Shown: one piece after another, positions 30,409 through 40,248 of the stretch | Position numbering within the stretch: the first letter of the stretch is position 1 | How the letters are laid out: each line of letters starts with the position of its first letter | Assembly: GCA_963745035.1 (NCBI GenBank) | Contig: CAVUVW010000011.1 | Coordinates: forward strand, 1-64,000 | Direction of reading: 5' to 3' | Source: an uncultured delta proteobacterium | Lineage (GTDB): Bacteria; Desulfobacterota; Binatia; UBA9968 | DNA length: 64,000 nt | Notes under the pieces: model-generated | Databases searched by the model: none | Told to the model about the DNA's origin: nothing | The model's input: only the letters and a program-made list of their open reading frames with translations | Translations under genes and position numbers: made by a program

Positions 30409-31419
30409 ATGACCGGCAACAACTCGTGGTTTATCGGGATGATCGTTCTTGGATTCGCGATCTGCTTCGGGACGGTTGGTGTCGTTTCGGCGCAATCCGT
30501 CGTGAAAATCGGCTTTGTTCCTTCCGAATCGTTCGCGCCGCTTTTCGTGGCGCACGAGCGGGGCTATTTCAAAGCGCAGGGATTGTCCACCGAGCTGGTG
30601 CGCTTGCCCAGCGGCGCGGCGATTCTCACCCAGGTCAGCACCGGGGACATTCAGGTGGGCGGCGGCGCTCTCGGAGCCGCGGGATTCAACGCGGCGAATC
30701 AGAAATTGCCGGTGGCGTTCGTTGCGCCGATGCATTTTGCCTACGTTGAGGATTATCTGGTGATTCGAAAAGCGGAGATCGATGCGGGCCGGTTCAAGTC
30801 GGTCGCCGACCTGCGCGGCAAGCCCTGCGCGGTCAATGCCAAAGGCGTGGCCACCGAATGGGTGCTCGACGAAGTATTGAAACCAGGTGGGATCAGGATC
30901 GACAACGTCGACGTGAAGACGCTGCCGTTTCCCGAAATGCTGCCCGCCCTCGACAACGGCGCCATTCACTGCGGCATTGTCACTGAGCCGTTCGCAACCC
31001 AGGCGGAGGAAAAAAATATCGGCGTGCGCCCGCTCAAAGCCAAACCCGGCGCCAAACCGGTGCCGATCACGGTGGCGTTTTGGAACAGCGACTGGGCGAA
31101 GAAGAACGACAGCGCGGCCCGGGCGTTCATGAGCGGCTATCTGCGCGCGGTCAGAGACCTGAGCGAGCCGAACGCGTGGAAAGCGCCGGTGCATACCGAG
31201 ATCATCAGCAAGCATACCGGCGTTGGCGCCGCCGTGTTGCTCAAGACCCGGGCGCCGGTTTTCAGTCCGAATCTGGAGCTCGACGACAAAGAGATGATGT
31301 CGCAGCAGGAGTTCAACCTGCGTCTGGGTTACTTGAAATATAAGGAGATGAAACCGATCAAGGAGTTGATCGATCTATCCTACGCGGAGGCGGCGGTGAA
31401 GCAGGCGGGACGAAAATAA
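30409..31419 (+). CDS. NMT1/TauA-type ABC substrate-binding protein
   Basis: Signal peptide, APLFVAHERGYF, DLRGK; GGAGG RBS. Confidence 0.9.
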   Translation: MTGNNSWFIGMIVLGFAICFGTVGVVSAQSVVKIGFVPSESFAPLFVAHERGYFKAQGLSTELVRLPSGAAILTQVSTGDIQVGGGALGAAGFNAANQKLPVAFVAPMHFAYVEDYLVIRKAEIDAGRFKSVADLRGKPCAVNAKGVATEWVLDEVLKPGGIRIDNVDVKTLPFPEMLPALDNGAIHCGIVTEPFATQAEEKNIGVRPLKAKPGAKPVPITVAFWNSDWAKKNDSAARAFMSGYLRAVRDLSEPNAWKAPVHTEIISKHTGVGAAVLLKTRAPVFSPNLELDDKEMMSQQEFNLRLGYLKYKEMKPIKELIDLSYAEAAVKQAGRK

Positions 31420-31468
31420 ACTAAGCGTTCAAGACGTTCAAATCGTTCAAACCGTTCAAGCCCCCTCC

Positions 31469-32534
31469 GTTCAAGCCGGGGATCATTTACGTTTTGAACC
31501 GGGCGCATGGTTTACAGTTTTTTAGAGTTAGTTCCGTGCCAGGTTTTGCGCTGGCATAATCTTTTTTGCATGTTGATCGAGAATACCCAGCAGATGAAAA
31601 CTATAACGGACTTCCCACTGCTCGGGTCCGACCTGCTTCAGTCCAACCGGCTCGTGTGCCAGGACTTCAGAGACATAAAGGAGATCGCCGTGCCACTTGA
31701 TCTCGCCGTTGTGTCGCACTCGTCTAACGGTCATGCCCGGGCTGTATTGTACGGGCGGGAGTTTGTCGGGATAGCGCCGTGGGGAGCTAAGATAAACACT
31801 GCCCGGGGTCTTTCGCCCCAAGGCCTCATGGGAACGCTGGCCGTTATACTGCTTTACGAAAAGATCATATTCTCGCTGTTGTCGTCTGTAGGTTGGCTGG
31901 GGCGCAACATCGTATTTAAGGGTTCGATGCATTCGTTCATGGCGCCCGTTCTGGCTTGGCTTACCCGGCTTGATCCGTTCAGGACGGATGCCAAGCTGGA
32001 TCCACCACTTCGACAACTCGCTGACACCGCCCACACAGAGCGAGGCAAACGGTGCTCCGTTGTCGGTACGAATGGCCCGGGGCAGTCCGTATTGTCGAAA
32101 GGCTCTTTCAAACCACGGCCGAACCACCCGATAGCTGTGCTGCCCCAAGGCTTGGCACATCAACAGATAACGAGAGAAATTGTCGGTCAACGTAAGCGGG
32201 TAACAGCGCTGACCATTCCCCAAGAGAAAGTCTCCCTTGAAGTCCGCACTCCAGATCTGATTCGGTCCATGGCAGTCGCTAAACGGTTCACTGTACGGTG
32301 CCACGTGGCGCCGACGCACACGGCGGTTGACCAGCCCTGCACGCTTGAGGATCGCACCGGCTGTAGAGTCCGCAGGCCAGGTCAACTTAGGTTTTTTCTC
32401 ACCCAAATAATCCAAAACCTTTTTCGGACCCCAGCTCGGATGGCTAAGCTTGATGGCAATAATCATCTCGCGGATTTCCTCAGGGGTCTCATTGCGATGA
32501 CGGTGCGCCGCGCGCGAGCGCTCCTCGAGCGCCT
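31469..32534 (-). mobile_element. IS481-family element, copy 2, 5'-truncated
   Basis: Near-identical to copy 1 up to GAGCGCCT, then joins the REP hairpin; lacks one terminal repeat and the first ~55 codons. Confidence 0.9.
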
Positions 32535-32640
32535 TCCACCTCTTTCCTCCCCCGCGTCGCGGGGGAGGACCAGAGGTGGGGGATTGAACGGAGCGCAGCG
32601 GTTGAACGGCTTGAACGTTTTGAACTTCACGAGGAAATCT

Positions 32641-34311
32641 ATGCGCGTCTACGAAGCGATCGGTGAAACTTTAAAGAAGCTCGAGGTCCAGGCGACCTTC
32701 GGTTTGATGGGCGACGGCAATCTGCGTTTCATGACGCACCTGGCAGAGGAACTGGGCATGCCCTACTATGCGGCTCGTCATGAGGGCGGCGCGGTGGCCA
32801 TGGCCGATGGCTACGCCCGCGTGACCGGCCGGGTCGGTGTCTGCAGCGTCACTCAGGGGCCGGGTGTCACCAACACGCTCACGGCGCTCACCGAGGCGCG
32901 CAAAGCCAGCACTCCGATGTTACTCCTTGCGGGCGATACCGCGGCAAGGATCTTACGGCACAATCAGGATGTCGACCAGACTGCCATATTCAAATCGATC
33001 GGCGTTACCGTGGCGCGAGTGCGCTCGGCCGACACCTTGATGATCGATCTCAGCCGCGCTTTCAATCAAGCTCTAGCCGCGCAGCAGCCCATCGCGATCT
33101 CCATCCCGAGTGACATGCAAGTGCTGGAGTGCGAGGCCGATGGATTAGCCGCGGTGACAGTGCAAACGTCAATGCCGAGCCGGCCTCCGGCTGAAGAAAT
33201 TCGGCGCGCCGTGGAGTTAATCGCCGCCTCTAAGCGGCCGGCGATCATCGCCGGCCGGGGGGCAGTTCGTTCGAACGCCAGGGAAGCGCTAGAACATTTG
33301 GCCGAGCAGATCGGCGCATTGTTGGCGACCACCGCCCAGGCCAAGGGTTTGTTCGCTGGGAATCCTTTTTACGTCGGAAGCTCCGGCGGATTTGCCTGGG
33401 AGCTGGGTGAGCGGCTGCTTCCACAGGCTGATTTGATTTTGGCGTTCGGGGCCAGCCTGAACTACTGGACGACCCGAAACCGCGAGCTCTATAGTCCCAC
33501 CGCGCGTATTCTGCAGTGCGACAGAAACAGCGCGGCCATCGGCGCTCTTACATCTGCTGATTTTGGTTTGGTAGGCGACGTAGCGGCGACCGCCGAAGCT
33601 CTAACCGAGGAGTCGGCTCAGCGCGGCTTTAGCGCTGCCGGTTTTCGCACGCCGGAGATCCGCCGGGAGATCGAATCGTTTCGACTCGATAACTTCCAGG
33701 ATCAAAGCAACGGCCGCACCATCGATCCGCGCACGTTGATGCTCAATCTTGATCGGATGCTGCCGCGAAATAGAACTGTCGTGATCGACAGCGGGCATTG
33801 CATGGGCTGGCCGATCATCTACCTTTCCGCGCCGGACGCCGCCGGCTTTGTTTTTTCCAACGACTTCATGGCGGTCGGTTTAGGTTTGGGAACCGCCTTC
33901 GGCGCCGCGATCGCCCACCCCGATCGTCTGACCATTTGCACCCCGGGTGATGGCGGGCTGATGATGAGTCTCGGCGAGCTCGAGACTTTCGTGCGTTACA
34001 AAATTCCGGCGCTCGTGATCGTCCTCAACGACGCGTCGTATGGCGCGGAGGTGCATTTGCTCCAGAACGTCGGCTTGCCGGGACATGGGGCCTTCTTCCG
34101 CGACAATGACTTTGCCGCCATCGCCACGGCGATGGGCGCCGATGGAATCACCGTCCGCGACGTCGGAGACCTCGAAGGGCTGCGGCCATGGCTCGATGAG
34201 CGCCGCGGACCGATGGTGGTCGATTGCAAGCTCGACGCGCAGTTGCGCGGCGACTGGTTCAGCAAAGTGTTCGCCCCCGGCGGCTGGTACCAGCGCATGT
34301 GCGGGCATTGA
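32641..34311 (+). CDS. thiamine pyrophosphate-binding enzyme (acetolactate synthase/decarboxylase-like)
   Basis: ARHEGGAVAMADGYAR, QGPGVTN, GDGG..LNDASYG; GAGG RBS. Confidence 0.9.
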   Translation: MRVYEAIGETLKKLEVQATFGLMGDGNLRFMTHLAEELGMPYYAARHEGGAVAMADGYARVTGRVGVCSVTQGPGVTNTLTALTEARKASTPMLLLAGDTAARILRHNQDVDQTAIFKSIGVTVARVRSADTLMIDLSRAFNQALAAQQPIAISIPSDMQVLECEADGLAAVTVQTSMPSRPPAEEIRRAVELIAASKRPAIIAGRGAVRSNAREALEHLAEQIGALLATTAQAKGLFAGNPFYVGSSGGFAWELGERLLPQADLILAFGASLNYWTTRNRELYSPTARILQCDRNSAAIGALTSADFGLVGDVAATAEALTEESAQRGFSAAGFRTPEIRREIESFRLDNFQDQSNGRTIDPRTLMLNLDRMLPRNRTVVIDSGHCMGWPIIYLSAPDAAGFVFSNDFMAVGLGLGTAFGAAIAHPDRLTICTPGDGGLMMSLGELETFVRYKIPALVIVLNDASYGAEVHLLQNVGLPGHGAFFRDNDFAAIATAMGADGITVRDVGDLEGLRPWLDERRGPMVVDCKLDAQLRGDWFSKVFAPGGWYQRMCGH

Positions 34312-34338
34312 TTCACGAAGCCCAGAACAGAGAGATTG

Positions 34339-34833
34339 CACCGCAGAGACGCAGAGTTCGCCGAGTTCGAATATTTTTTAAGCAAGAACTCTTTACTCCG
34401 CGTCCTCGGCGTCTCCGCGGTGAATACTCCGGGTCGTTATTCAGCACAGAGACTGACGCGATAGCTCGGCAAGAGAAACTCGGAATATCTCGCGCAAAGG
34501 CGCCAAGGCCGCAAAGGTCGGAAAAAAGGTAAAAATTATTTGTACAAATATTTCTTTCCCTTCCAAACTTGGCGCCGTTGCGACTTTGCGGGAGGAGTAT
34601 CCGGATCGGAGTGTCTTTGACTCACACAAAATTTGCGCGCGCCGCGCAAATGTTTACCAATTGTAATACAGAGTTCGCACAGTCCGGAATATTTCCTAAG
34701 GATAAATTCTTTCTCAGCGTCCTCCGCGCCTCCGCGGTGCGATTTCCGATTTCTTCTTCACCACAGAGACGCGGATTTCACAGAGTTCGGATATTTTTTA
34801 AGCAAGAATTCTTTACTCCGTGACCTCCGCGGT
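34339..34833. repeat. repeat cluster: three CACCGC/CACCAC MITEs plus one CGCGCAAAGGCGCCAAG inverted pair
   Basis: Direct inspection; lies between convergent genes. Confidence 0.8.
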
Positions 34834-34839
34834 GATGTC

Positions 34840-35769
34840 TTAGCGATTCGACTTGGTCGCGCGACGAGAAACTGATCGACGCAGGCGGCTCCATGCCTCG
34901 ACCAACCCGCCCGGTAGGAGCAGCACGACCAGGATGAACAACACGCCGAAAATGATCAGGTGGAACTCGACCCAGCGCAGCGCGAGCACTTCCTTGAGGA
35001 TCACATAAAAGAGGGCGCCCAACACCGGACCATGAACGGTGCCAACGCCGCCGATGAAAGACATCAGCACGGCGTCGAAAGTCCAGACGGGGGAGAAGGT
35101 ATGCTGCGGGTAATAGCTCACGTGGTAGTAGGCGAAGGCGCCGCCGGCGAGGCCGGCCAGCGCCGTGGAGACGGCGAGAGCGAGGATTTTATGGCCGAGC
35201 GCGCTTACGCCCGAAGCTTCGGCCGCGGCCTCGTCCTCGCGCACCGCGCGAATGCCCAGTCCCACGCGCGAGGGAATCATCCAGGCGACGACGGCGACGC
35301 ACAGAACAGCCAATCCGAGAGTCAAATAGTAGCGCGGCAGCATATTGTAGGAGGCGAGCTCGGCGGCGCGGATCGTGGAGATCTCGGGGAGAACATTGCC
35401 GATCGTGATGCGGAGAATTTCCGCCAAGCCGAGAGTGCCGATGGCGAAATAGGCGCCGCGCAGTCGAAAGGCTGGGACTCCGATCAAGCATCCAAACGCT
35501 GTAGCGACCACGGCGCCGGCAGCGATCGACAAAAGCAGCGGCGCGCCGCCAACCCACAGCATGCGCGTCACCAACGCGCCCAAGCCAAAAAATGCAGCAT
35601 GGCCGAGATTAATTTGTCCGGCGTAGCCGCCGATCAAGTTCCAGCTTTGCGCCAATGCGACGGCGAGAAAGATCTGCACGCCGAGATTCAGGAGATCGTT
35701 GCGCGCGGTGAAAAGCGGCAGCGCGGCGAAGCCGACCGCGAGCAATATTCCGGCGCCGGCTAATTTCAT
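34840..35769 (-). CDS. livM: branched-chain amino acid-type ABC permease
   Basis: GYAGQINLGHAAFFG, RLRGAYFAI, AVREDE. Confidence 0.88.
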   Translation of the reverse strand: MKLAGAGILLAVGFAALPLFTARNDLLNLGVQIFLAVALAQSWNLIGGYAGQINLGHAAFFGLGALVTRMLWVGGAPLLLSIAAGAVVATAFGCLIGVPAFRLRGAYFAIGTLGLAEILRITIGNVLPEISTIRAAELASYNMLPRYYLTLGLAVLCVAVVAWMIPSRVGLGIRAVREDEAAAEASGVSALGHKILALAVSTALAGLAGGAFAYYHVSYYPQHTFSPVWTFDAVLMSFIGGVGTVHGPVLGALFYVILKEVLALRWVEFHLIIFGVLFILVVLLLPGGLVEAWSRLRRSVSRRATKSNR

Positions 35770-36638
35770 GAGCGCGCTCCGAACAATCCTTGAGGGCGCA
35801 GAATCAAAACGACAAGAAAAAGAATGAGCCCGATGACCTCGCGGTACGGGCCGCCGACAAACACCACGCTCATCGCCTCGGCGAGGCCGAGTAGAATCCC
35901 GCCGGCGAAGCTGCCGAAAAGCGAGCCCATGCCGGCGAGCACGATGACGATCAAAGCCTTTAAGGTCCACTCGATGCCGATCGAAGGACTAATCGAATAG
36001 GAAATGCTCACCAGTCCGCCGGCGACACCCGCCAGCGCGGTGCCGAGAGCGAATGCCAGCAGGTAGGTTTTTCCCACCGGGATGCCCATGAGCGCGGCGG
36101 CCTCCCAATCCTCCGCGGTGGCGCGGATCGCCCGGCCCCAGCGCGTTTCCGAAAGAAACATGTGCAGCGCAGCGAGGATCGCGAAGGCGAACAGCAGGCT
36201 GCTTAGACGCAGCCACGGCACCGCAAAGGGGCCGAGACGCAGCACGGCGCCTGAATACGCCGTCGTCACGCTGCGCTCGTCGGCGGTCCAAAGTTGTATC
36301 GCGAGCGCGTGAAGAACGAGGGTCAGACCGAAGCCGATGAGCAGTGAGTTCTTGATGCGCGCTTCCTCGTGCGCTTTTACGACAAATTGAAACAACGCGA
36401 CGTAAAGCAACGCTCCCAAAAGGAACATGGCCGGAGCGACGGCCAAGAGCGAAGCGAACGGATCGATCTTCCAAAGGGTGAACAGCCAGAACGTCCCGTA
36501 GCCGCCGAGCATGAGCAGCTCCCCGTGCGCGACGTTCAACACCCGCAGGACACCGAACGTCAAAGACAGCCCGGCGGCCGCAAGACCGTAAAGCCCGCCG
36601 ACGAGAAGGCCGAGTATGAGCTGTTGGGTAAGGATCAT
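35766..36638 (-). CDS. livH: branched-chain amino acid-type ABC permease
   Basis: GLSLTFGV..NVAHGE, GRAIRA. Confidence 0.88.
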   Translation of the reverse strand: MILTQQLILGLLVGGLYGLAAAGLSLTFGVLRVLNVAHGELLMLGGYGTFWLFTLWKIDPFASLLAVAPAMFLLGALLYVALFQFVVKAHEEARIKNSLLIGFGLTLVLHALAIQLWTADERSVTTAYSGAVLRLGPFAVPWLRLSSLLFAFAILAALHMFLSETRWGRAIRATAEDWEAAALMGIPVGKTYLLAFALGTALAGVAGGLVSISYSISPSIGIEWTLKALIVIVLAGMGSLFGSFAGGILLGLAEAMSVVFVGGPYREVIGLILFLVVLILRPQGLFGARS

Positions 36639-36705
36639 TTTTGAAAAGCCGACGAGAACCTTCAGCGCAGTAGAGAATCGCAGGTAAGCGCCAACGGTTG
36701 CCTTA

Positions 36706-37070
36706 CGTCATTCCCGCGCACGCGGGAATCTAGGTTCGTCCGTTTCTAAATTATTTCGTCCCACAAGTCCTTCCATTCGGGATTGTGTCCTTCGATCAGC
36801 TCCAGTTTCCAGGCGCGGTTCCATTTCTTGATCTGTTTCTCTCTGGTTACTGCTGAAATCATATCGGGGTGCAGCTCGTAATAGACCAGTCGGTGAACAC
36901 CGTATATTTTTGTGAAACCTTCAACAGACCCGTTCTTATGTATCCACGTACGAGTTTGGAGATCGCCGGTCACGCCGACGTAAAGTGTTCCGTTGCGCTT
37001 ACTTGCAAGAATGTAGACTGCCGGCTCTTTAGGCATTATTAGCCTGGATTCCCGTTTTCACGGGAATGAC
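36706..37070 (-). mobile_element. 365-bp unit: GIY-YIG gene bracketed by inverted GTCATTCCCG..GGGAATC hairpins
   Basis: Left CGTCATTCCCGCGCACGCGGGAATCTAG, right CTGGATTCCCGTTTTCACGGGAATGAC; lies within the liv operon. Confidence 0.7.
36746..37036 (-). CDS. stand-alone GIY-YIG nuclease family protein
   Basis: VYILAS..LYVGVT..R..H..REKQIKKWNRAWKLELIE..NPEWKDL. Confidence 0.92.
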   Translation of the reverse strand: MPKEPAVYILASKRNGTLYVGVTGDLQTRTWIHKNGSVEGFTKIYGVHRLVYYELHPDMISAVTREKQIKKWNRAWKLELIEGHNPEWKDLWDEII

Positions 37071-37105
37071 TTCGGGAGAAAATGTTCTCATAAGTTCTAG
37101 CCAAC

Positions 37106-37831
37106 TCACGAGTCAGTTCCTTTCGCCAACGGGCCGAGGTACGCCGCACGTACGTGATCATCTTCGAGGAGTTTTCGGCCTTCGCCCTCTCCGACAATGC
37201 GGCCGCCTTCGAGAATATAAGCGCGCTCTGCGAGCGCGAGGACGGCGTGCACGTTTTGCTCGACAATCAGCACGCTCATGCCGCCGCGGTGGAGATCGGA
37301 GAGGATCGACATGATCGACTCGACCACGCGCGGCGCCAAGCCGAGTGAGGGTTCATCGAGCAAAAGGAGCCGCGGCAGCCCCATGAGCGCGCGTCCGAGG
37401 GCGAGCATCTGCTGCTCGCCGCCGGAGAGCGATCCTGCGCGTTGACGCTGGCGTTCGGCGAGGCGGGGGAAAAGAGCGAAGATTTTTCCGAGCTGACTAT
37501 GCTTCTCTTTTTGCGCCCGCGAAATGAAGGCGCCGAGCTCGAGGTTTTCCCTGACTGTCATCGCGGCGAACAGCTTTCGTCCTTCGGGCACCAAGGCCAC
37601 GCCGCGCTCGACGATCCGCTGCGGCGAGCCGCCGTTGATCGCCTCGTCCTGCCAACGAACCGTGCCGGCCCGCGCCGGCAACAAACCGGAAATGGCTTTG
37701 AGCAAAGTCGTTTTGCCGGCGCCGTTGGGACCGACGAGCGCCACCAACTCGCCCGGTTGAACCTTCAGGCTAACGCCCTGGAGCGCGGGTAATTCCCCGT
37801 AGGCGACGTGGAGATTAGTTACTTGGAGCAT
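37106..37831 (-). CDS. livF: ABC transporter ATP-binding protein
   Basis: GPNGAGKT, LSGGEQQM, DEPSLGLAP. Confidence 0.9.
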   Translation of the reverse strand: MLQVTNLHVAYGELPALQGVSLKVQPGELVALVGPNGAGKTTLLKAISGLLPARAGTVRWQDEAINGGSPQRIVERGVALVPEGRKLFAAMTVRENLELGAFISRAQKEKHSQLGKIFALFPRLAERQRQRAGSLSGGEQQMLALGRALMGLPRLLLLDEPSLGLAPRVVESIMSILSDLHRGGMSVLIVEQNVHAVLALAERAYILEGGRIVGEGEGRKLLEDDHVRAAYLGPLAKGTDS

Positions 37832-37845
37832 GTCTCAATAACAAC

Positions 37846-37960
37846 CGTTCAAGCCGTTCAAAAAGTTCAAATCGTTCACATCGTTTTCGGACGTAAGGCT
37901 CTTGGTTTTTGTATTTTTTCTGACGGTTTGAACGGCGTAAACGGCTTGAACGATTTGAAC
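37846..37960. repeat. GTTCAA/TTGAAC inverted arms with AT-rich filler and no GC hairpin
   Basis: Four 9-nt units on each side. Confidence 0.8.
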
Positions 37961-37963
37961 TCT

Positions 37964-38686
37964 TCACGTGTTTCCGCCGAGATAGACTTCGATCACCTGC
38001 GGATCGTTGGCGACCATGGCCGGCGCGCCGTCAGCAATCTTTTCTCCGGCGCTCAACACAACGATGCGGTGCGACACGTCGAGCAGGGCCCAGACGATAT
38101 GCTCAACCAGCACGATCGTCAGACCTTGGCCTTGCAATTCCCTGATGAGATGAAGCGCCGCCGCGGTTTCGGTGGGCGTCAATCCCGCCATGAACTCGTC
38201 GAGCAGCAAGAGCTTGGGCGACGTCGCAAGAGCGCGCGCCAGCTCCAGGCGCTTGCGATCCATGACCGTGAGTGTGCTTGCGAGGCGATCCGATCGCCCA
38301 AGTAAACCTGCGGAGTCTAGAAGTTCCGCCACCTTTTGACGTGCCGGCGCGCCGCTGAGTTTCTCCCGCCCGTAGCCGAGACCCACTAGGACGTTCTCCG
38401 ATACCGTCAACGCGAGAAACGGCCGAACCAATTGGAACGTGCGCGCAACCCCGCGCCGGCAGAGTTGATGAGGGCGTAAGCCGTTGGTGCGCTCGCCGTC
38501 GATACGGATTTCCCCACTGTCCGGCGCCAGCGCACCGCTTACGAGGTTGAACAGCGTCGTTTTTCCCGAGCCGTTGGGGCCCATGACGCCCAGGATCTCG
38601 CCGGGTTCGACGGTTAAGCTGACATTTTTTACGGCGTTGACACCGCCGAAAGACTTAGAAACGGATGCGAGTGTTAGGAGGGACAC
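37964..38686 (-). CDS. livG: ABC transporter ATP-binding protein
   Basis: GPNGSGKT, RTFQ, LLDE, VEH, VYLG. Confidence 0.9.
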   Translation of the reverse strand: MSLLTLASVSKSFGGVNAVKNVSLTVEPGEILGVMGPNGSGKTTLFNLVSGALAPDSGEIRIDGERTNGLRPHQLCRRGVARTFQLVRPFLALTVSENVLVGLGYGREKLSGAPARQKVAELLDSAGLLGRSDRLASTLTVMDRKRLELARALATSPKLLLLDEFMAGLTPTETAAALHLIRELQGQGLTIVLVEHIVWALLDVSHRIVVLSAGEKIADGAPAMVANDPQVIEVYLGGNT

Positions 38687-38987
38687 TAGATTTCAGATTT
38701 GTCGCGCCAAGATCCCAGGGAATCCAAATCCGAAATTCGAAGCACGAAAGAGGCCCGCAGACCGAAACAACCCCACAAGGGTAAATCCGAAATCCGAATA
38801 TCGAAATTCGAAACAAACCGGAGCCAAAATAAATCCAAAACCAGAAAATCCAAAACCTCGAATCCGATTTGGGCTCGTTTGGAATTTGTCATGCTTGGAT
38901 CATTCGAATTTGTTTAGAGCTTCGTGCTTCGGATTTCGTGCTTTTTATTCTCCGTTCTTGTCGCTGTTTACGTATGCGTCAAAAAGG

Positions 38988-40181
38988 TTATCGCTTGTCG
39001 AACGGTGGCGCGGGGTAGCCGAACGGCGCAGTAGCGAACTCCTTGGGCCAGACGAGTTCCTGCTTGCCTTTGAGCCATTGCTGGAAAAAGACTTTGACTT
39101 CGCCGGTGCCGTCGGTGCGAAAGCGCACGGGGCCGACGACCGTCGTCATTTTCGTCGCGGCGACGGCGTCGCGCAGCTTATCGCGGTCAAGCGTCTTGGC
39201 GCGTGTGAGCGCATCGGCAAGGATCTGCAAGCAAGCATAGGACGGACCGACCAGAGGATCGGCCGGCCGGTTGAATAATTTTTGATGCGCGTCGTTGATC
39301 TCGCTTACTCGGGGATACTTCGCGGCAAAGTGCCAGCCGGGCGAAAGCAGCACGTAATCGCCGTCTTTGCTCAAGTTCTGGGACCATACGGGTGGATCGG
39401 CGGCGCGGATGAAGAGATTCACCTTAGTGTTGAAATCCAATTCTTTCATCTGTTTGACGATCGTCATGCCGTCGGGCGGTGACGGCAGCGCAAGCACCGC
39501 TTCGGCGCCCGCTGTTTTGGCTTTCAGGATCAGATCCGAAAAATCCTTCGAGCCGGGCGCGTATTCGCCGCTGGCGACCACTTCGTAACCATGTTTCTTG
39601 GCGAGACCTTGCCAACCAGAGCCCATCTCCTTTCCCCAGTCCGTTCGTTCGAGAAAGAGCGCCACTTTGCGCGGCCGTTGTGCGGCGGGGATCATCGCAT
39701 CGAGAAAAACAAAAGTTTCTCTGGTCAGATCGGGAGATTTGGGAAACGGGGAAAAGAGATACCGCAGCCCCTGTTGATGGATACCATAGAAGGCAAAAGC
39801 GACGCCGAGGTAGGGAATCTTGTTCTTATCGGCGATGGAAGCGGCCGCGCCGTGGAGATCGGAGCCCGCTCCGCCCAGGTAGGCAACCACGCCCTGGGTG
39901 GCGAGTGTTTCCAGGCGCGCGACGGTTTTGGTCGGGTCGGACTCGTCGTCGAGCATCGTCAGCTCGATCTGCATTTTTTTGCCGCCGACGGAGACGCCGC
40001 CGGCCGCGTTGATGTGCTGGACGGCAAGCTCGTAACCGGTTTTCACCTGGCCGCCGAGCGCCGCGTAACGCCCGGTGAGCGGCACTACCGCCCCCACTTT
40101 GATCGTTTGACTGTCAGACTCGGAGCCTGAAGTAAGCAGCGTGAGTACTATAAAAACTGCAGCGCAAATCAGCCGTCTCAT
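38988..40181 (-). CDS. LivK-type amino acid ABC substrate-binding protein
   Basis: IKVGAVVPLTG, DDESDP; GGAGG RBS. Confidence 0.9.
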   Translation of the reverse strand: MRRLICAAVFIVLTLLTSGSESDSQTIKVGAVVPLTGRYAALGGQVKTGYELAVQHINAAGGVSVGGKKMQIELTMLDDESDPTKTVARLETLATQGVVAYLGGAGSDLHGAAASIADKNKIPYLGVAFAFYGIHQQGLRYLFSPFPKSPDLTRETFVFLDAMIPAAQRPRKVALFLERTDWGKEMGSGWQGLAKKHGYEVVASGEYAPGSKDFSDLILKAKTAGAEAVLALPSPPDGMTIVKQMKELDFNTKVNLFIRAADPPVWSQNLSKDGDYVLLSPGWHFAAKYPRVSEINDAHQKLFNRPADPLVGPSYACLQILADALTRAKTLDRDKLRDAVAATKMTTVVGPVRFRTDGTGEVKVFFQQWLKGKQELVWPKEFATAPFGYPAPPFDKR

Positions 40182-40248
40182 GATGCCTCCCTTGGTTGGG
40201 GTTCTTGAGCGCGACGATAGATACCACCAACGATCTAAGGCGTCAAAG

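Noticed and set aside
31507-34311. 934-aa ORF as a novel fusion protein
   Set aside because: It is IS antisense frame plus stop-free repeat plus the TPP gene, which has its own RBS and ATG at 32641
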